Shown: piece after piece, positions 14,910 through 28,867 of the stretch
Layout of the letters: each line of letters starts with the position of its first letter
How positions within the stretch are numbered: the stretch's first letter is position 1
NCBI GenBank assembly: GCA_951406725.2
Contig: OX597832.1
Span: forward strand, 24,428,001-24,492,000
DNA from: Octopus vulgaris
Taxonomy: Eukaryota
Direction: 5' to 3'
Length of the DNA stretch: 64,000 nt
The notes under the pieces: generated by a model
The model's database searches: none
What the model was told of the DNA's origin: nothing
What the model saw: the letters and a program-made list of their open reading frames with translations, nothing else
Position numbers and translations under genes: made by a program

Positions 14910-15085
14910 TGTGGTGACCGTGGTGGTAGTGGTGGTTGGAGCTGTAGCAGTAGTTTATTGGCTATAGTAGTAGTAGTAGTAGTAGTAGTGGTGGAAGTGA
15001 CAGTTGGCTGTAATAGCAGCAGTAGCAGAGACCGCTGTTTGCAGTAGTAGTAGTGATCGTGGTGGTAGTGGTGGTTGGAGCTGTA
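14465..15085. repeat. (GTA)n-rich minisatellite, ~45-bp unit
   Basis: Tandem GTAGTAGTGACCGTGGTGGTAGTGGTGGTTGGAGTTGTAGCA. Confidence 0.9.
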
Positions 15086-15995
15086 GAATTCTTTTTCTCC
15101 TTTTGGTTAACCAATATATGGTTTTAATGTTTCTTGCCCCAGCATACATTCTAGTATGTCTATTTATTCAATTGTAACGGATGAATACACATACACACGT
15201 ATGAGTTATACAGCTTAGCGAGAGGAAAAAGCTGGTAAATTCATAGACAAGGGTGTGAATACATATAAGTATATAGAAACAAATGAGCAAAAATATAAAT
15301 GGGTGTGCAGGTATTCGTTCCTTACGGCCGTTTCTGCTAAGGGACAACAAAATCTTCCAGGTTATCTCCATCACTTCAACGTTATGCAAATATGAATAGG
15401 CAAGGCTTGGATAAAGGATGGGCCTTTAGGTTTCTGAGGGTCTAAGTAGTTTATTTTTTTGGTGGGGATAACACATATGAAAGTCAGTTAAGAATAGATA
15501 AGGGGTGCTTATTCGTTTAAATAGCGTAGAATAATAATAATAATAATAAGAGCAAAAACAAGAATACAAGTGAAATACAGCAGAGTACAATAATGTGGGC
15601 ATAGTAAGGGGAAATAAGGCTAAGACGTCCCGTAAAATATTTATAAAATCCATGGTATTTCATCCAGTGGTGGGTAGGTGAAAAAGTCGTTTTCAGGAGG
15701 GATAATTTGAGGCTGTAGTTCACATTGTATTTCCATAGAACTTTAATGGTGGGTTTGATGGTATGGTTCATGTCAAAGGGGTGAAAGTTTATATGTAAAG
15801 TGCCAGTTTGTAGGTGTAGCGTTGTAGAGGGTATGGCATAAGCAACTTATAATGAACACATCATGGGAAATTTAGTACATGAGTGTATCAATGAGAAAAA
15901 ACTAGGTGAGGATAAGATGTGATGTTAGTGTTCGTTACTGTTTTACCGTGGATAGGAACTATCCCTTAATTGGTTTCTCAACCTCTAACTCATAC

Positions 15996-16093
<98 letters not shown>

Positions 16094-16354
16094 ATAATTA
16101 TTATTTGAGGGAATATAAATCCAAACTTACAGGGAAAAGATTCAATTTAGAAATACTAAATCAAATTTCACACAATATAATATATATATATATAAATTAG
16201 AAAAAAAACACCTTTTATCAATTCAAAATGAACAATTAAATTACACCATCTAGAAAATTACATATAATAGAAATATTAAAATTAAAATAACAATAAAATA
16301 TCAATGATTAAGTAAATTATAAAAAAATAATAAAAATGTATATAATTGGTAGAA

Positions 16355-16445
16355 TAACGACATGTGTTTCGTGGCTGTATTTAAGAAATGGTAATAGTAG
16401 TAGTAAAAAATCACTTCCATATAAATATAGCCACTCATCAGGTTA
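16355..16445 (-). ncRNA. Type I HHR with long stem II in a PLE terminal remnant (~16100-16450)
   Basis: TAAC-CTGATGA-GTGGCTATATTTA...TAAATACAGCCAC-GAAA-CACATG-TC-GTTA. The downstream tail TTTTCCCTGTAAGTTT is shared with ~20650 and ~62625. Confidence 0.8.
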
Positions 16446-16886
16446 AAAATAAATTAGAATAATAAAATAATTAATTAATAAATATACTTTAATATATATA
16501 TATATATATGTATATGAAAATACTAAATAAACATAAGTGAAAACTAAAAAAAATAGTTAAATTATTAAATACTTTTAAATTAATTAAAATACACAATGCT
16601 AGTACAAGTCATTAAATTGTAATCAAAATAAGAAATGGTTCAAATATAGACAAACTCATTAAATAAGCTAACTATATAATTAATATACATGTGTAGTATC
16701 TATAGATTTAATATATCAATCTATAACATAGTTGACTAAATATCAAATAATATAATACCTAATTAACTTAAAATCTAATATTACATAATAAATATGCCAC
16801 CTAATAATTAAAGAATATATTGTCTGACGAAATTAATTCTTAAATTAAATTAAATGTAATACGTTAGATCACTTTATATATATATA

Positions 16887-17284
16887 CTAGCAGTATCGCC
16901 CGGCGTTGCTCGGGTTTGTAAGGGAAATAACTATGTAAGAATTTTCAGAGAGTTATAGCCAAAAGATAGCAAAAAAATGCATTAAAAATGGGAAAAAAAT
17001 GATGGTAAATTTTAAAAAAATCGTTGACTCATCGTAGACATTTTTAGAGAGTTACTTCCCTTATATAATAGCGAAAAAAATGCATTAAAATGGAAAAAAA
17101 TGATGGTAATTTTTTTTTTAAATCGTAGACTCATCGTAGACGCGCGCTAATACCCAGAAGGGCTCGATATGAATCACGACTATAAGATACCCGGTTTTGG
17201 TTAAACTGCACCGCAAAATGTGGGAGTAGTTAGGAATCTGAATCGTAGGAGACAGACACACAACTTGACTTTTATATATAAAGA
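16887..17284 (-). mobile_element. Non-autonomous Helitron (~400 bp)
   Basis: TC...CCCG/CGGG hairpin + CTAG; near-identical to 40228-40626. Confidence 0.8.
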
Positions 17285-17342
<58 letters not shown>

Positions 17343-17953
17343 AAAAAAAACTAAATAAAAAGATATAAGAATTAATATCTATCGTAACATATCTATCTAT
17401 CAATATATATATAAAAGATATAATGGCGAAAATTATTTGTTAATGGAAAGGAAGAAAAACTTTTCTATCTATCTATAGAATAATAGATAGATAGACAGAA
17501 ATATGGTTGAAATTTACAAAAAAAAATAAAAGGGTTGAAAAGTATTTTATCAACTTGTTTTCTGGACCTCAACACAAATAAGACTGAATAAAGGAACCTA
17601 ATTTATCCAAAAATATAAACCAGAATTAAATATGAACCCAAACTAAAAATAGTAAGATACAAGCCATAATAAAATAATAAAATATAGGCCAAAAATAAAA
17701 ATTAGAGATTTACCTCCCCTGTACTGTAAAATAAATGTGTGAATAATTACCTCCCCTTGTAGCATCTCTCCTCCTTAGCAATGTGTCTATTTTTAAACCC
17801 TTAGCTTGATGAGCAATGCGAAACCGGTTCTTAGTTTAATTGCGTTGAAAGAAAACAATCTTATTTTGTACAAAATTGTATATCTTAATTATTATGATTC
17901 TAATATACTCTTTAATCCTGTAAAACAAATCTGCCTTTTTCTATCTTTTCTCT

Positions 17954-18007
<54 letters not shown>

Positions 18008-18126
18008 ATGTATATGCATGTATATATACTGTAATTATCAGTTTAGTAAATAAATAAATAAGTTAACATAATTTAATGTCTAAAAGTTGATGAACCACCT
18101 ATTATCCTCCTCCATTTTCTTATTTG

Positions 18127-18191
<65 letters not shown>

Positions 18192-18283
18192 GGTAAGTAA
18201 TTATTAATTTTAAAATCAGAAATTATTTCCGGGTAGATTTCGGTACGGAAATATAACCATTATCGGTAGGAACTTTCAAAAAC

Positions 18284-18336
<53 letters not shown>

Positions 18337-18347
18337 TAGATAGATAA

Positions 18348-18498
18348 AAAGGACAAGCAACAGGTTGCTTAGCCACATACCGAAAAATTAGAAATAGCAG
18401 TCAAAGACCGCTTATTTCTATTTTCTAGAAATAAGCGGTCTTTGACAGCTAATTCTAATTTTTCGGTATGTGACTAAGCAACCTATTGCTTGCCCTTT
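18348..18498. repeat. ~150-bp palindrome (CTAGAAATAGCAG-related family)
   Basis: Arms 18348-18420 and 18426-18498 are reverse complements. Confidence 0.85.
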
Positions 18499-18545
18499 AT
18501 ACATACATACATATCTATATCTATATCTATATCTATATATATATC

Positions 18546-18620
<75 letters not shown>

Positions 18621-18621
18621 A

Positions 18622-18874
18622 CAGTAATCCCTCGACTATTGCGGGTGTTACATTCCAAAAGCCCCCGCGATAGGTGAAAGTAGAAAGAGTACTGTATTGT
18701 ATATATTTTTATTTTTTATTTATCTAGTTTCAGCTCACAAGCTGTGGCCATGCTGGGGCATATATTTTTATTATCTTTATAATTTGTATATATTTATTTT
18801 ATTATAAATGCTATCCAACACCACGGAGGAATCGACGTAAGCTTAATAAACCGCGATATGGCGAGGGATTACAT
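18622..18874. mobile_element. Tigger/pogo-like MITE
   Basis: TA|CAGTAATCCCTCG ... CGAGGGATTAC(AT)|TA. Confidence 0.7.
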
Positions 18875-18987
18875 TATATATGTATATATATGCATTATAA
18901 TATAGGTCCACGTACTTGAGTATTTAAGCCCGTACCCATACATGCATATATATACACATACACACACATACATAACCATCTTATATC

Positions 18988-19044
18988 GTCTCTGATGAAG
19001 GGATATCCCTGATATCCCTAATATCCCAGAAACAGCTGTAAGAC
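18988..19044 (+). ncRNA. Minimal type I HHR
   Basis: GTCT-CTGATGA-AGGGATAT...ATATCCCA-GAAA-C AGCT G-TA-AGAC; palindromic stem III. Confidence 0.8.
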
Positions 19045-19328
19045 TAATTTTCTCTTTATAAATGTCCTGAAAATTCCACACTGCCTTGGCTTTGTCGTCT
19101 CATTTTATTTAACGCACACACACATATTATAGCATAAGCTTCCGCACAGTTTCCGTCTGTCAAATTCCAAATTCATTTATATGGCACTGGTCGACGCGGG
19201 GCTATAGTTGAAGACGCTTATCCACGTGGTAGCGCTGTAGGACTGAACCCAACACGAAACCACGCTGTTGCAAAGCGACTTTCTTAACCACACACTCATG
19301 TCTCCGCCTATATTCTTCTTATTATACT

Positions 19329-19556
19329 GGCGAGCTGGCAGAAACGTTAGCACGCCGGGCGACATGCGTAGCCGTATTTCGTCTGTCGTTACGTTCCGAG
19401 TTCAAATTCCGCCAAGGTCGACTTTGCCTTTCATCCTTTCGGGGTCGATAAATTAAGTACTAGTTACGCACTGGGGTCGATGTAATCGACTTAATCCCTT
19501 TGTCTGTCCTTGTTTGTCCCCTCTGTGTTTAGCCCTTTGTGGGTAGTAAAGAAATA
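19329..19556 (+). mobile_element. tRNA-derived SINE family B (Meta-like central domain)
   Basis: GGCGAGCTGGCAGAAACGTTAGC...GAGTTCAAATTCC...GCCTTTCATCCTTTCGGGGTCGATAAATTAAGTAC; other copies near 40630-41000, 42018, 43515, 46000, 52486, 63145. Confidence 0.8.
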
Positions 19557-19783
19557 TATATTCTTTTTATTATATTTGTTACATTCATTTGGCTGCGGCC
19601 GTGCTGGAGCACCACCTTAAACGGTCACAGTCGAAGAAATCGCCACCCACCAATGACTTATTCTTTGTAAGCGTAGAACTTATTCTATCGGTTTCCTTTG
19701 CCGATAGACATGAACACACCAGCATCGATTGTCAAACATTGGCGGGCGGATGGGTGAGGGGGGAGAACAAACAATAAAAGATG

Positions 19784-20237
19784 ATAAAACATTGCAGCAG
19801 ACGGTTTTGTGAATTATTCTGCTCTAAATTTCTGCAACATGATGTTTCCATGAGATACACTAATGCCTTTAAAAAAAAACAAAAAACAAATTGGGCGAAT
19901 TCGCGCTTATGGCTGAGTGGAGTAGATTAAAAGAAGATAAAAAAATGAAAAAGGTGAGATATGAATTATTGCTGTGACACACTGGAGAGAGGAGATTTTA
20001 AAGTCGCTTCATCCATTGATCAAGGAAACCAAGAACCCATAAATCTACGACACATGATGTCTGACAGTCTGTTTAAATATTGTTTTTTTGGTTTTTTAAT
20101 TTTTTTTTTACGAAAACACATCGTCGAAAAAGAACGCAGACCGATATAACCTTCAAACCTGGTTCTGAAGACTAAGTTTTCAATGATTTCTTTAAACTCT
20201 GAATAGTTCACACGAACTCTGAAAATTGCATGAATTT
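19784..20237 (+). repeat. Left copy of a ~450-bp inverted duplication
   Basis: Reverse complement of 23564-24007 with scattered substitutions. Confidence 0.9.
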
Positions 20238-20324
20238 TATGCGCATACATACATACATACATACATACATACATACATACATACATACATACATACATAC
20301 ATACATACACACACACATATATAT

Positions 20325-20480
20325 AGGGAGAATTCACAGAAAAACAAAAGACGAACACAAGTGGTGTAGACAACAAACAGATGTATTAGTATAACGCTCG
20401 GGAAGGGAAAAAGCCTTTAACGTTTCGAGCCTACGCTCTTCTACAGAAAGGAACACAGAAAGAAACAAGGCGAGAAAATT
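20325..20480 (-). mobile_element. PLE-tail mini-element with A6U HHR (20414-20451)
   Basis: CCTTT-CTGTAGA-A-GAGCGTAGGCTC-GAAA-CG-TT-AAAGG. Confidence 0.75.
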
Positions 20481-20571
20481 AAGTGTAGTGGAATAACCCG
20501 TCCTTTTTGTCCTGTCCATTTTTTGTATCCTCTAAATGTCGCCTTGCTCTTGTTCCATTTTTTGTTTCATT

Positions 20572-20629
<58 letters not shown>

Positions 20630-20631
<2 letters not shown>

Positions 20632-21074
20632 TTAGGTAGTATAACTCGAAACTTACAGGGAAAAATTCAATTTAGTATTAAATCAAATTTCACAATACAA
20701 ATATATAATATATATAACTTAGAGGAAAACCACTATTATGTAATTAAAACAATGATAGACATAAACCAAATCATAAATAAAAAATAGAATATATTTTAAA
20801 ACATATAGCTAGATCACAAAAAGTACGAAAATGAATAAACAATATATAATAAGTAAAAAGAATTGTTTTTCGATTAAATTTAAATTTAATTGTAATTCGA
20901 ATTTAAATTATAGCCATGAAACGTACGTAGTCTTTTTACTTATTATATATTGTTTATTCATTTTTTGGTACTTTTTGTGATCTAGTTATATGTTTAAAAT
21001 ATATTTTATTTTTTCTTTATGATTTGGTTTATGTCTATCATTGTTTGAGTTGCATAATAGTGGTCTTTCTCTAA
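20630..21074. mobile_element. Head-to-head inverted PLE terminal remnants (arms 20719-20861 / 20931-21074) with an HHR 3' half
   Basis: GCCAT-GAAACGTACGTA at 20913-20929 is homologous to the 3' half of the 16355 HHR. Confidence 0.75.
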
Positions 21075-21116
<42 letters not shown>

Positions 21117-21240
21117 TACTTGGAGAAGAGAAACAACGCGTGCGTTCGGTCATATAATAACAATATGATAAATAAATAAAACATATGCATATATACATAC
21201 ATATATGTACATACTTACATTTATATGTATATATACATGC

Positions 21241-21295
<55 letters not shown>

Positions 21296-21478
21296 TACAG
21301 GACACCACAAATAAACGTAGAACACAACGAGAAACGAAAACATAAAATCAAACAAGGAAACGGACTTTTTTTTTAACAACGAAAAAACAGAGTACAGGGC
21401 AAGCAATACAAGGAAAATTACCCCTTCATCAGCTGCCCCTGGTTCGACTCAATGCGTGTTTCGAAGGTATGAGTTTGT

Positions 21479-21519
<41 letters not shown>

Positions 21520-22211
21520 TGTGTGTGTGTGTGTGCGCGTGTTGCAATAAATAGACAGTAGCATGGAATGCGGAACTTCTTGTCTGCTTCATTGCTGTCT
21601 CCTGGTTCCATCTGTGGCCGCTCATAAATTTACCCATTACATTTATGCGTGTGTGTGTGTGTGTGTGTCTATGCGTGTAAACATATGTGAGTGTGTCTGT
21701 GTGTGCGTGTGTGTGTGTCTATGCGTGTAAAAAAATGTGTGTGTGTGTGTAACATAAATATTAGTTCACTATTTGGTGTCATTAAGGTGTATTTGTATGG
21801 GGCTGTTGGTGGCGGGGGTGGCTTATGGTGGTCGTAGTTGGTTGGCGACGGTGGTTGTAGGGTCAGTCAGAGTAATTCTGCTGGCGTTGGTGGTGATGGT
21901 GAAGTGATAGTGGAGGGGGAGTACTTCTAGGGGTGGTGGTCGTGGTGATGCTTTTGCTGCTGATGGTGGTGGCTGTAGTGGTGGTTGTAGTGGTGGTTGT
22001 AGTGGTGGTTGTGGTGATAGTAGTGGCTGATGGTTGTTGTGGTTATGGTGGGGATAGTGGTGATGGGGTTTTGGTGCTGGGGGTGGTGGTGATGGGTTTT
22101 GGTGGAGGGGGGTGAGGGTAATGGTTGATGGTGGTGGTGATTCAGGCTGTCGTGGTGGAGGTTGCTATGGTCCACATCACTTGACTACCGCATTCATCAC
22201 TTTCCCTATCA

Positions 22212-22277
<66 letters not shown>

Positions 22278-22611
22278 TACACACACGTACACACACACAC
22301 GCACGCACGCACAATTACATTTCTACTTCTAAACACACAAACACATACGCACACACATACACACACAAACACACATGCACACATACACACAAACGCACAC
22401 GCACTTCTTACTCTTCGTCGTACCCCCTCCTCTCCGTTTCGATCTCTTACCAAAAAGTTCTTTTGCTCTTTCCTCTTCCTCCATTTCGTTTTACACCATT
22501 TGACTTCCCGTTCCGCACGACCCGACTCCACCATCTCTGGATATTCCTCCACTGCATAATTTACTTCTGGAATTTACTCCTGAATTTTACCGATTTACCA
22601 TCTTTAGGCTC

Positions 22612-22627
22612 TTAGGCTGCTCTGCAT
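22612..22627 (-). CDS. Candidate terminal coding piece (ICRAA*) of exon 22451-22627
   Basis: Acceptor TCTTTCGCAG at 22628 and donor GTAAGA at 22450; phase compatible with exon 27834-27999. Confidence 0.3.
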
Positions 22628-23164
22628 CTGCGAAAGAGTATTTTAATAAAAAACAACATTTTTTTCTTGTAAAAGCTCAAGAAGAGATCAGAATAGTAAC
22701 TATACTAACAATTCTGACCAGCGTCACGACACCATCGTTTTCTTCGTCTGCCGTAAAGGCATTTTTTTTCCAAATACGCCAGCTAAGCTAAGTTGAACTG
22801 TCTAAAGTCGTAAGACCCCTGCTGTTTTTGTCCTGTTATTATCTTTTTAATTGTTTTTTTGTATTTATATTCGTGTGGCATCGTCCGTTTTTCTGTCCTT
22901 GTTTCGTATACATTCTATCCTTTTTCCAAGAAATCTAATGCTCGTAGCTTAGTTTTTCCTTGGGGCTAGCCGGATCGGAGCGATCTGAAGATTAATCAGC
23001 CGAAATTGCGAGGATGATCCGGTTCTTGACTGAAGATTAGAGGCTTCGAATGACCCGTCCGTTTTTTGTGTTGTCTATTTGAGTGTTTTGCGTTCTTGTC
23101 CCATTTTGTATTCTTTTATATATATTTTTATACATACATACATATATATATATATATATCTATA

Positions 23165-23220
<56 letters not shown>

Positions 23221-23563
23221 CATACAGTCGACGGGCTTCTTTCAGTTCGAACGCATGCATGTATGTATGTATGTATGTATGTATGTATGTATGTATGTAT
23301 GTATGTATGTATGTATCTATGTGTATGTATGTATGCATGTATGTATGTATGTATGTTTGTATGTATGTTTGTATGTCTGTGTGTGTTTATGTGTGCGTAT
23401 GTGAGTGCGCGTACGCATGCGTACGCGTGTGCGTCGTGTAAAAGAATAGGAGCGGTCAGAAGCATTTTAATATTCAAAAAGATGTTTAAACGATCAATTC
23501 ATTGTAGTCACACTCCGATCAAACAAAGAAGCAAATGATTTATTTAGCAAACGAAATTTCGGT

Positions 23564-24007
23564 AAATTCATGCAATTTTCAGACTTTGTGTGAATTATAC
23601 AGAGCTTAAAAGAAATCATTGAAAACTTAGTCTTCAGAACCAGGTTTGAAGGTTATTCCGGTCTGCGTTCTTCTTCGACGATGTGTTTTCGTAAACAAAC
23701 AAAAAAGCAACAAAACCATTTAAACAGACTGTCAGACATCATGTGTCGTAGATTTATGGGTTCTTGGTTTCCTTGATCAATGGAGGAAGCGACTTTAAAA
23801 TCTCCTCTCTCCAGTGCGACACAGCAATAATTCATATCTCACCTTTTTCATTTTTTTCTTCTTCTTTTAATCTACTCCACCCAGCCATAAGCGTGAATTC
23901 GCCCAATTTGTTTTTTTTTTAAATGCATTAGTGTATCTCATGGAAACATCATGTTGCAGAAATTTAGAGCAGAATAATTCACAAAACTGTCTGCTGGAAT
24001 GTTTTAT
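23564..24007 (-). repeat. Right copy of the ~450-bp inverted duplication
   Basis: Reverse complement of 19784-20237. Confidence 0.9.
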
Positions 24008-24045
24008 TTTGTTTCATTGTTTTATTTTGTTTTATTGAACAATAG

Positions 24046-24210
24046 ACGCAGGCGCAGCTGTGCGGTAAGAAGCTAGCTTCCCAACAACATTGTTCTGGGT
24101 TCAGTCCCATTGCTGCGTGGCACCTTAGGCACGTGCCTTCTACTATAGCCTCGGCCCGACCAAAGCCTTGTGAGTGGATTTTGTAGACGGAAACTGAAAG
24201 AAGCCTGTCG

Positions 24211-24252
<42 letters not shown>

Positions 24253-24445
24253 CACACACACGCACATATAATATATATATATATATCGGGAGAGTTTACG
24301 AAAAAACAAACAAAAGACGAAGACAAGTGGTGTACAAAACAAACAGATGTATTAGTATAACGCTCAGGAATGGAAAAAGTCTTTTACGTTTCGATCCTAC
24401 GTTCTTCTACAGAAAGGGACTCAGAAAAAACAAGGAGAGAAAAAA

Positions 24446-24519
<74 letters not shown>

Positions 24520-24748
24520 GTATGCATGTATGTATATGTTTGTGTGTCTGTGTTTGTTCCCCTACCATCGCTTGACAACCAATGCTGGTGTGTTTATGTC
24601 CCCGTAACTTAGGGTTCGGCAAAAGACACCGGTAGAATAAGTACTAGGCTTACAAAGAATAAGTCCCGAGATCGATTTCTTCGACTAAAAGGCGGTGCTC
24701 CAGCACGGCCACAGTCAAAGGACTGAGACAGATAAAAGAGTAAAAGAA
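24046..24748 (+). mobile_element. SINE family A with a nested HHR mini-element (24286-24450; HHR 24380-24417, minus)
   Basis: SINE head and tail flank a (TA)n that holds the A6U-HHR element. Confidence 0.8.
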
Positions 24749-25056
24749 TAAACAAGCAAACAAATCATTCATCCGCAAAACGACATCTTTACAGGGAAAG
24801 TGAGAGTTTCAAGTCTCCAGCGACTCATTCAATAATTCATAAATCATGAACGAATTCCTATTTCACTCTAATGAATGGGAAGAAAAGTCGAGAAGAAGAC
24901 GCCAGAGAAATATTATTGCTAATACTAATCTTACGTGTGACAGAAGATATTTCAACGTGACTTTGTCTATTTAATGGAGAAACGAAGACCGGATGCAAGA
25001 CGATACTGCACTCGTTGGTTGTCAGGGTCCATTTAAGAGGACCTCTTCTACAAAAC

Positions 25057-25331
25057 AATCATCATCATCATTGTTCGACCGTGGTCGAGACAATGGAATT
25101 TACTATGCTACACCAGACTTCACGGTCCATCATAGCATTACGGAGGTCCTGTTACTGGATGCCTGTATCCCTGGAGATTACATCAGGGTAGGAGAGTGTG
25201 CGCCCTATGGCATCGCGAGTAGATGACTTCCAGAGGAGAAGAGTAGAAGTTACCTCGTTTTCAGCACCACAACAATGTCCAGCAAACTGGACTCTTCTAC
25301 CTTTCACAAGAGATGATACAGGTGGAAGATA
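25057..25331 (-). mobile_element. RTE-clade LINE 3' end
   Basis: LPPVSSLVKGRRVQFAGHCC...LLLWK...YPDVISRDTG...AMMDREVW followed by a (TGA)n tail. Confidence 0.75.
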
Positions 25332-25913
25332 GTGGGAAAAACTACAAAGATCCATGTCTCGGGCCGATCAAAGCCTTGTGAGTGGATTTGGTAGACGGAA
25401 ACTGAAAGACTCACATACACACACACAGACACACATAAACGTGCCAATATATACACACGCACATCTATCTATCTGAGAGTAGAGAGGCAAGTTTTGTCTA
25501 GCGAATGTTTCACAAAAAGATGGGTGAATGTAGCAAGGATGGCACGTATGAAAGACGAAGCCACCTTGAGCATAAACCTATGAACCCGGAAAAATTTAAA
25601 ACAGAGTGTTACTTACTTGCAAATAAATGTGTTAACATGTGACATTATTGACCGAGGTTACCGTGGTCTTTTCCGTAGGCTTTTCTTTCCACGGATAAAC
25701 CTTATCTGCTTCCCCCTTTACACTTTACACCATGACATTTCTGTGATATACGATCCCTATTGATCATTTTTTCTTTCCTTTTTACGATCCCTTTTGATCG
25801 AAAACCTACCCCCCACCTTTTTTTTGTTTCTTTTTTTTTCTCCCCAAGAAGAAAAGCTCTGCTTTGTAATCTGTCCCGTCTGTGTTCAGCGCTGTGTGGC
25901 TAATAAAGAAACA

Positions 25914-26050
<137 letters not shown>

Positions 26051-26285
26051 GTCTGTCTGTCTGTCTGTATGTATGTATATATGCCTATGTTATTTGCCTT
26101 TCATTAAGCAGATGTTACTGTTATGTAGAAAACGTAGCAAATTATGTAACAGTAATTTGTAAATCAATCAACATTACAGTAACCATTGACTGTTCTCGTC
26201 ATAAATTCTCTCTCTTTCTCTCTTTATCTATCTATTTATCAAATATTGCATTATGTACGTATATATATATATATATATATGTATA

Positions 26286-27524
26286 CAGGGGTTGGATAAA
26301 ATAATAGAAACAAATTCATTTTTAATATGGGGGTAAGACCGCCTTTGGCAGTAATTACAGCTTGAATTCTACGAGGTATGGACTTGTACAAAGTTTGAAT
26401 TGTTTCCAAATGAATCTTTGTTCATTCTTCGGCTAAAACAGTCTCCAGTTCTTGTAGTGATGATGGTGGAGGATATCGACTCCTAAAATGCATCATTTAT
26501 GTCCAATAATATTGAGATCTTGGGGACTGTGGTGGCCAGATAAGATGTTCAACTTTACTAGAATGTTCTTCGTGCCATTTTCAGTAACAACCTTAGCTGT
26601 GTGAATTGGTGCATTATCATCCTGAAAGATTGCGTTTTCCCCCGGAAACAGTCCGGCAACCACAGCATGAATTTGATCAGATAAAATGCTTAAATAGTCT
26701 TGACTATTAATTCTGCCATGAAGAGAAACCATTGGGCCGGTGGATTCCCAAGATGTAGCCTCCCCAGATAATCACAGATCTTCCTCCATGTTTAACAGTG
26801 GGAAGAAGGCAGCCTGGGTCAAATGTTTCTTTTGGCTGTCCTCACACGTATTCTCGGCAGGTGGTCGGAAATAAGGTAATGGATGACTCGTCCGAGAAAA
26901 TAACTTTCTTCCACTGCTCTCAGGACCAATTCTGTAGGTTTTTATTCCACTCTAAACACTTCGCAACGTTTGTTTTTGAAAATAGCGTTTTTTTTATTGT
27001 AGCTCTCCCGTGAAATCCGGCTTTGTGCAGCTCCCGGCGAACAATTTTTGTTGAAACTGGGTGCTCGAGGTGGACATTAAGCTTTGCAGTAATTTAGGGA
27101 GCTGTACTTCTATGATCCTTTCTAACAATTCGAGTAAGAGTCCGACGGTCCCTATCTGAAAGTTTTGGTTTTCTTCCGGAGTTTTGTTTCGACGAGAAGT
27201 TTCTTCCCTCTTTCTCAAAGGCTGTCGTTACTTTCGAGACAGTACTTCTTGATACACCAAACATTTCGGCTGTTTTCGTTTTGCTAACACCTGCCATACG
27301 AGCACCGACAATTTGACCTCTTTGAAAGTCCGATAAATCTGTCATTTTAATGAATTTTAATTACCTTTTTCTCATGATATCTGAAAAGAAACATCAACTG
27401 TAGCAAAATATATTAAGCAACACAAGTAATAAATAAAAAAAAACATAGAAATAAACAAGCTTTTGACGGTTTTATGGATATTTCAAAATTATGATGCTAA
27501 GTGTTTCCATTATTTTGTCCAACA

Positions 27525-27528
<4 letters not shown>
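26286..27528 (-). mobile_element. Tc1-like DNA transposon with a disrupted transposase
   Basis: TA-flanked TIRs CAGGGGTTGGATAAAATAATAGAAACA / TGTTTCCATTATTTTGTCCAACACCT; MTDLSDFQRGQIVGAR..GRKPKL and FQDDNAPIH motifs. Confidence 0.92.
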
Positions 27529-27572
<44 letters not shown>

Positions 27573-27646
27573 TACACGCATACACACACACACATATATA
27601 TATATATATACACGTATACACACACACACATATATATATGTATATG

Positions 27647-27677
<31 letters not shown>

Positions 27678-27686
27678 ATGCATATA

Positions 27687-27755
<69 letters not shown>

Positions 27756-27833
27756 ACATACATATATATATTTTATATATTAAATTTCATACACATATAA
27801 ACATATGTGCACACACACATCACACACACATAC

Positions 27834-27999
27834 ATATGAGACTTGCGCAAAAAGGTTTTGGTAGATTGATTGAAAGCGCTTAGGAAGCAATTCTCCTTCA
27901 AGCTATCGGAGATTCCGTATTTCTTGAACAGAATGATTCCATACTCGAAGACCATCGTATTTGCAGCTCTCATGCATTTGGCATTCGGCGCATTAATGT
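27834..27999 (-). CDS. Candidate internal exon of an unknown gene
   Basis: Acceptor TCTCTTACCATTGCCAG, donor GTATGT; only one open frame: [54 protein letters not shown]. Confidence 0.5.
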
Positions 28000-28166
28000 C
28001 TGGCAATGGTAAGAGACCCAATTGTTATATTATTATTATTATTATTATTACAAATCGATTATATATTATTGATTACAATAAACCTGATTACAATAAATAC
28101 GCACCGCAAGCATTTATGCATACATACATACATACATACATACGTACGTACATACATACATAGATG

Positions 28167-28198
<32 letters not shown>

Positions 28199-28328
28199 CA
28201 TACAAACATACATACAAACATACATACATGCATCCATACATACATACATACATACATACATACATACATACAATTTAAGTTTTATCTCTATCTATCTATC
28301 TCTGTCTGTCTGTCTGTCTGTCTGTCTT

Positions 28329-28425
<97 letters not shown>

Positions 28426-28426
28426 T

Positions 28427-28513
<87 letters not shown>

Positions 28514-28516
28514 ATC

Positions 28517-28582
<66 letters not shown>

Positions 28583-28867
28583 TGTCTGTCTGTCTGTTTG
28601 TTTGTGTGTCCTCCTACCGCTAAACAACCGGTGTTGGTTTATTTACGCCCTTACAATTTAGCAGTTCGTTCAGAACTGACGAACGAGACCCTGAATTTTT
28701 ATCAATGCTTATTTGCTTCAGTTACTGGCTGCAAAGTTTTGATGAACTACGAAGTAACTCTGACCCTCCAGAAACAGCTGTCGGAATTGTAAAGCCATAC
28801 TTTTTCTCCTCTAATTCCTCGAGCCTATGTAACCCGAGTAAGTTTGCTCTGTTAAAAAAATTCTTTT

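Noticed and set aside
14465-15085. Regularly spaced repeats suggesting a CRISPR array
   Set aside because: Intervening sequence is (GTA)n rather than unique spacers; eukaryotic context with no cas genes.
22985-23060. CTGAAGA/GAAA motifs in the family at ~22990, 35460 and 50140
   Set aside because: Cannot be folded into an HHR; kept only as a repeat tail.
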